Under the pieces are notes generated by a model, which saw only the letters and a list, made by a program, of their open reading frames with translations, had not been told where the DNA came from and did no database searches. The position numbers were made by a program, and so were the translations under genes. A stretch of 64,000 nt of DNA, taken from contig JABSOY010000020.1 of assembly GCA_013215385.1 (NCBI GenBank), positions 26,511 through 90,510 of the forward strand. Direction: 5' to 3'. This DNA is from Colwellia sp. (GTDB taxonomy: Bacteria; Pseudomonadota; Gammaproteobacteria; Enterobacterales; Alteromonadaceae). Below are positions 61,325 to 64,000 of this stretch, piece by piece. Each line of letters begins with the position of its first letter. The first letter of the stretch is position 1.

Positions 61325-61849
61325 TTATTCGGGTTCCATAGGAGCGTTGTCAAATAATGTAATATAGTCAGTACTTTCGGATAACTTTAAAAAAATAGAA
61401 AATTTAACATTCTTCGGTTCTTTAAATACTTCCTTAAAATTGACATTCACTGCAAATTCGAAACCACTAGGTTTTTCAGCCCTCATTTTGTCTTGAATGA
61501 TAATTAAATTATTTATTGCTTCTTCAGTGAAGACAAGTTCATATTCTGTCCTTTCAGCGAGAGAGTTAAGCCATCCATTTTCAGCGGGAAGTGTTTTAAC
61601 AGCGTAAATATATAAAGGGTAATTTTGTATAATGTTGCCTTTTGTAGTGACTAAAGTTAAAGATATTTTCGTTTTGGAGATATTTATCTCTAGTGGTTTA
61701 GTGATATGTATTTTGGCTTTTAATTCATTTGGGGCAAGTTCCAAAAAGCTATTTTCATCAAAAGAACTAAATTTAAGCATTGTTGCAAAGGGAATGCTTG
61801 TGCAACTGCAAAGGATTAAGCAATTTATGATTATAAAAATCCGTTTCAT
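61325..61849 (-). CDS. hypothetical lipoprotein (cassette ORF)
   Basis: 174 aa with lipobox-like MKRIFIIINCLILCSCTS and a GGAG RBS. I recognise no family. Confidence 0.65.
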   Translation of the reverse strand: MKRIFIIINCLILCSCTSIPFATMLKFSSFDENSFLELAPNELKAKIHITKPLEINISKTKISLTLVTTKGNIIQNYPLYIYAVKTLPAENGWLNSLAERTEYELVFTEEAINNLIIIQDKMRAEKPSGFEFAVNVNFKEVFKEPKNVKFSIFLKLSESTDYITLFDNAPMEPE

Positions 61850-61864
61850 GATAACTCCATTTAT

Positions 61865-61962
61865 GGCTAACGCTTATATAAGCGGAAAATTATAGTAGGC
61901 TAAAATTTTGAGGAACGAAAAAAAGCCAACTGTAATTTTTCCGTTTGATGTTCTTGTTAGCT
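61865..61962 (-). repeat. attC-like recombination site
   Basis: GGCTAACGC-TTATATAAGCGG ... GGCTAAAATTTTGAGGAACGAAAAAAAGCCAACTG ... TTTTTCCGTTTGATGTTCTT-GTTAGCT. The right core contains the stop codon of ORF 61957..62265. Confidence 0.7.
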
Positions 61963-62265
61963 TTTAGCTGATTGACCATTATCCAGTTTCAGTAAACAAT
62001 TACCATTCTTCTGTTTATTGACTGAATAACCATCCGCAAAAAACTTACGATCTGAAAAACTTATTTCAAACTTACTTTTTAAATTAAAATAAGCCTGAAA
62101 ATTGCAGTTCTTTAATAAAAGTTCTGATATGTAATGATTTTTTGATATGAGATTACCGTTAATGTCGGTATTTTCACTGGTGACAACTTTACCTTCCAAC
62201 ACTTTGTTATTCTCGGCATAAGAGCCAAACGAAAAAACTAATAATACTAAAATTGAATATTTCAC
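61957..62265 (-). CDS. hypothetical small secreted protein (cassette ORF)
   Basis: 102 aa with a GTG start after AAGGA and signal peptide MKYSILVLLVFSFGSYA. Confidence 0.6.
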   Translation of the reverse strand: MKYSILVLLVFSFGSYAENNKVLEGKVVTSENTDINGNLISKNHYISELLLKNCNFQAYFNLKSKFEISFSDRKFFADGYSVNKQKNGNCLLKLDNGQSAKS

Positions 62266-62289
62266 ATAAATCCTTATTTGTGATTAAAA

Positions 62290-62386
62290 AGCTAACGCCC
62301 CATTAAGAGGCTTTTAATTGTTGGCTAAAATGCGAGGAACGAAGCTAGCCAACTGTTCAGCGTCCGTCTTGAATAGCTTGTTATGT
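62290..62386 (-). repeat. attC-like recombination site
   Basis: AGCTAACGCC-CCATTAAGAGG ... TTGGCTAAAATGCGAGGAACGAAGCTAGCCAACTG ... CGTCCGTCTTGAATAGCTT-GTTATGT. The right core contains the stop codon of ORF 62381..62641. Confidence 0.7.
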
Positions 62387-62641
62387 AGATCGACTCTCCA
62401 TCCGTGAATTTTGGAAATTTAGGTGACTACTTCTAATAAACATAACTATGGAAATGGTAATGACAGCTAGTCCAAATCCAATACAAATGTAGTCACCACT
62501 TGTATATGACACATTTACTCTTCCGTTGAAGCCAGAAGCATATGCGTCTGCAAACTTACCCAGAACATAAGCTCGGCTTAAAACGGGTGTAATACACATA
62601 AAAGTGCCTAAAATTGCAATTAATTTTATAAACTTATCCAT
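62381..62641 (-). CDS. hypothetical small membrane protein (cassette ORF)
   Basis: 86 aa with two hydrophobic helices (LIAILGTFMCITPVL and ICIGFGLAVITISIVMFI) and an AGGAG RBS. Confidence 0.55.
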   Translation of the reverse strand: MDKFIKLIAILGTFMCITPVLSRAYVLGKFADAYASGFNGRVNVSYTSGDYICIGFGLAVITISIVMFIRSSHLNFQNSRMESRST

Positions 62642-62668
62642 TGAATACTTCTCCTTTTTTTGAAATCT

Positions 62669-62760
62669 ACATAACGCTTTGCTAAGCGGTAAATAATGGT
62701 TGGCTATAATCGCGAAGCGATGGCTAACTGTTATTTTTCCGTTTAAGCAACTTGTTATGT
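62669..62760 (-). repeat. attC-like recombination site
   Basis: The ends ACATAAC and GTTATGT are perfect inverse cores. The L-box-like pair GCTAAGCGG and CCGTTTAAGC carries a bulge. The central stem is TGGTTGGCTA...TGGCTAACTG with the tip TCGC-GAA-GCGA. Confidence 0.75.
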
Positions 62761-62788
62761 GTTTATTTTTGCATACAACAATTGTTTT

Positions 62789-63901
62789 TTAGTCAGGTAT
62801 TTCTATTTCTTGATTTTCATTTATTCGAAGACTATGGAGCTTAAGAACATCAATCGATGTTCTTCTCCCTGATGTGATGAGTAATTGACATGTAATAGAT
62901 ATTTGCTTTTTCTCATGTTCAGCCTTTAACGTCTCATAAAGTCTAGAGTCTGTTTCTATAAAGCAAGTATGCTCTTTACCATCAATCTCTAATCGTAAAT
63001 AAACCCTGCCTTTTTCATCCTCTATAGGCCAACTATATTTCTCAATATAAGCTGGTAAATCAACGTACTCTTTAGCTTTACTTTTACTCAATATACCTTT
63101 AAAACGCTCTATTTTTTCCCTGTCAGAATAATTAAAAACAACCTTGTTAGGAACATTGTCAAAAACTTCCTCCTTGAATGACCAGTCAAAATTGAACTCT
63201 AATTTATCTGAACTATTTGAAAATAAGTCGAGAAAATTATGACAAAACGAACTGTCGATACCGATACTGTGTAATTTTGCAGGAGACTCATAATCATTAG
63301 ATTTTATTTTTTCAGAAATTCTAGATAAGGCGATTGCCAAATTAGCATTTACGTACCGGCTAAGCGAGGTCTCATGCTCAAATACATTGTTCTGACTATA
63401 TTCTTCATCAATATCTAATAATTGAAGTTCAACAGTGTATATGAATGATCCCGCTTTAGGTGCCAACATATTTACACCTGATAGATAATGTTTAATAGCT
63501 TTCCTTTTGCCTTTAACTTTTATGTTATTACTTGCAGATGACTTTATAATTCCATACAGTCCTGTTAAGGCATTTAGACCTTCACTAAACTTGATTCGAC
63601 CATGATTTATTCGTTCTCCGGATGAGCGAACCTGTAAAAAGTCACTTTCTCCATTAAGAAGTTTATTTCTGAAATTTTCAGAGCAAAATCCATGTGCATT
63701 TGAAATGTTTAGAATAGCTTCAGCTAATAAGGTATTTGACTGCTCATGATTAACTAATACTTCAGCAGGCAGAACGATCTCAAGCTCATGGGGTTGGTCA
63801 TACCAAACACTAAATCGTTCAGGGACAACTGTCTTTTCCTGAATTCCATTTATACGAAAGTAATTTTTAAGAGAAGTAAGAATAGCTTGATTATTGTTCA
63901 T
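62789..63901 (-). CDS. hypothetical protein, 370 aa (second gene of a multi-gene cassette)
   Basis: Long uninterrupted ORF. Its ATG overlaps the stop of an upstream ORF (ATGA at 63898-63901). It has no signal peptide and no domain I recognise. Confidence 0.7.
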   Translation of the reverse strand: MNNNQAILTSLKNYFRINGIQEKTVVPERFSVWYDQPHELEIVLPAEVLVNHEQSNTLLAEAILNISNAHGFCSENFRNKLLNGESDFLQVRSSGERINHGRIKFSEGLNALTGLYGIIKSSASNNIKVKGKRKAIKHYLSGVNMLAPKAGSFIYTVELQLLDIDEEYSQNNVFEHETSLSRYVNANLAIALSRISEKIKSNDYESPAKLHSIGIDSSFCHNFLDLFSNSSDKLEFNFDWSFKEEVFDNVPNKVVFNYSDREKIERFKGILSKSKAKEYVDLPAYIEKYSWPIEDEKGRVYLRLEIDGKEHTCFIETDSRLYETLKAEHEKKQISITCQLLITSGRRTSIDVLKLHSLRINENQEIEIPD

Positions 63902-64000
63902 ACTTTAGCCACCTCCAAGTTGTAAATCATTTCCGCTTTACTAGCTAATTCCATCATGTTTACTAAAGCCTTACTATCAAACCTTTGTTTCAATGGAATC
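63898..64000 (-). CDS. 3' end of an unidentified gene (partial, continues beyond the window)
   Basis: The minus-strand frame is open from the window edge: ...IPLKQRFDSKALVNMMELASKAEMIYNLEVAKV*. Its stop TGA overlaps the ATG of the 370-aa ORF. Confidence 0.5.
   Translation of the reverse strand, partial: IPLKQRFDSKALVNMMELASKAEMIYNLEVAKV

Larger units (their letters stand above)
60945..64000 (-). mobile_element. integron-type gene cassette array (attC sites with about 95-bp near-identical structure), truncated by the window end
   Basis: There are four well-formed and one degenerate attC-like sites alternating with minus-strand ORFs. Two stop codons (ORF 61957..62265 and ORF 62381..62641) lie inside the inverse core GTTAxx, and a third (ORF 61325..61849) lies 3 nt from it. 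Starts lie 15-25 nt after the opposite core and carry an RBS. No intI is present in the window. Confidence 0.7.

Noticed and set aside
60886-64000. Integron integrase (intI) or attI within the window.
   Set aside because: No ORF in the window shows tyrosine-recombinase motifs. The array simply ends at the PepSY promoter on one side and runs off the window on the other.

Overview
AT-rich window (about 37% GC in hand-counted samples) that looks like a marine gammaproteobacterial chromosome; the taxon is a guess. I saw no rRNA, tRNA, CRISPR array, transposase or integrase gene.

Main content, left to right:
- frmA-fghA formaldehyde detoxification pair, separated by a 19-bp tandem repeat array.
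- Three minus-strand gene cassettes (2.4-4.8 kb) separated by about 95-bp imperfect palindromes that have the architecture of integron attC sites.
- A copper island (6.1-16.7 kb): CcoG-like ferredoxin, Met/His/Cys-rich protein, DUF411/CopG-like protein, cusCBA, and a Met/His-rich protein / cytochrome c / Met/His-rich fusion trio.
- A patchwork of LysR-regulated redox genes, a secreted metalloprotease, a higher-GC PEP-CTERM gene and a divergent CsrA-like gene set in repeat-rich spacers.
- Ada, envelope proteins, and an M14 peptidase next to a tandem CN-hydrolase.
- A LytS/LytTR two-component pair upstream of a MacAB-like exporter with a duplicated permease.
- cobC-cbiB-cobD, and a Fur-box-controlled TonB receptor next to a PepSY protein.
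- A second attC cassette array (60.9-64.0 kb) in the same orientation, running off the window.

The strongest signal the ORF track does not explain is this family of near-identical attC-like sites. It suggests a sedentary chromosomal integron or CALIN arrays carrying cassettes of unknown function, including a translationally coupled multi-gene cassette at the right edge. All functional calls come from motif recognition in the supplied translations. No database search was run.
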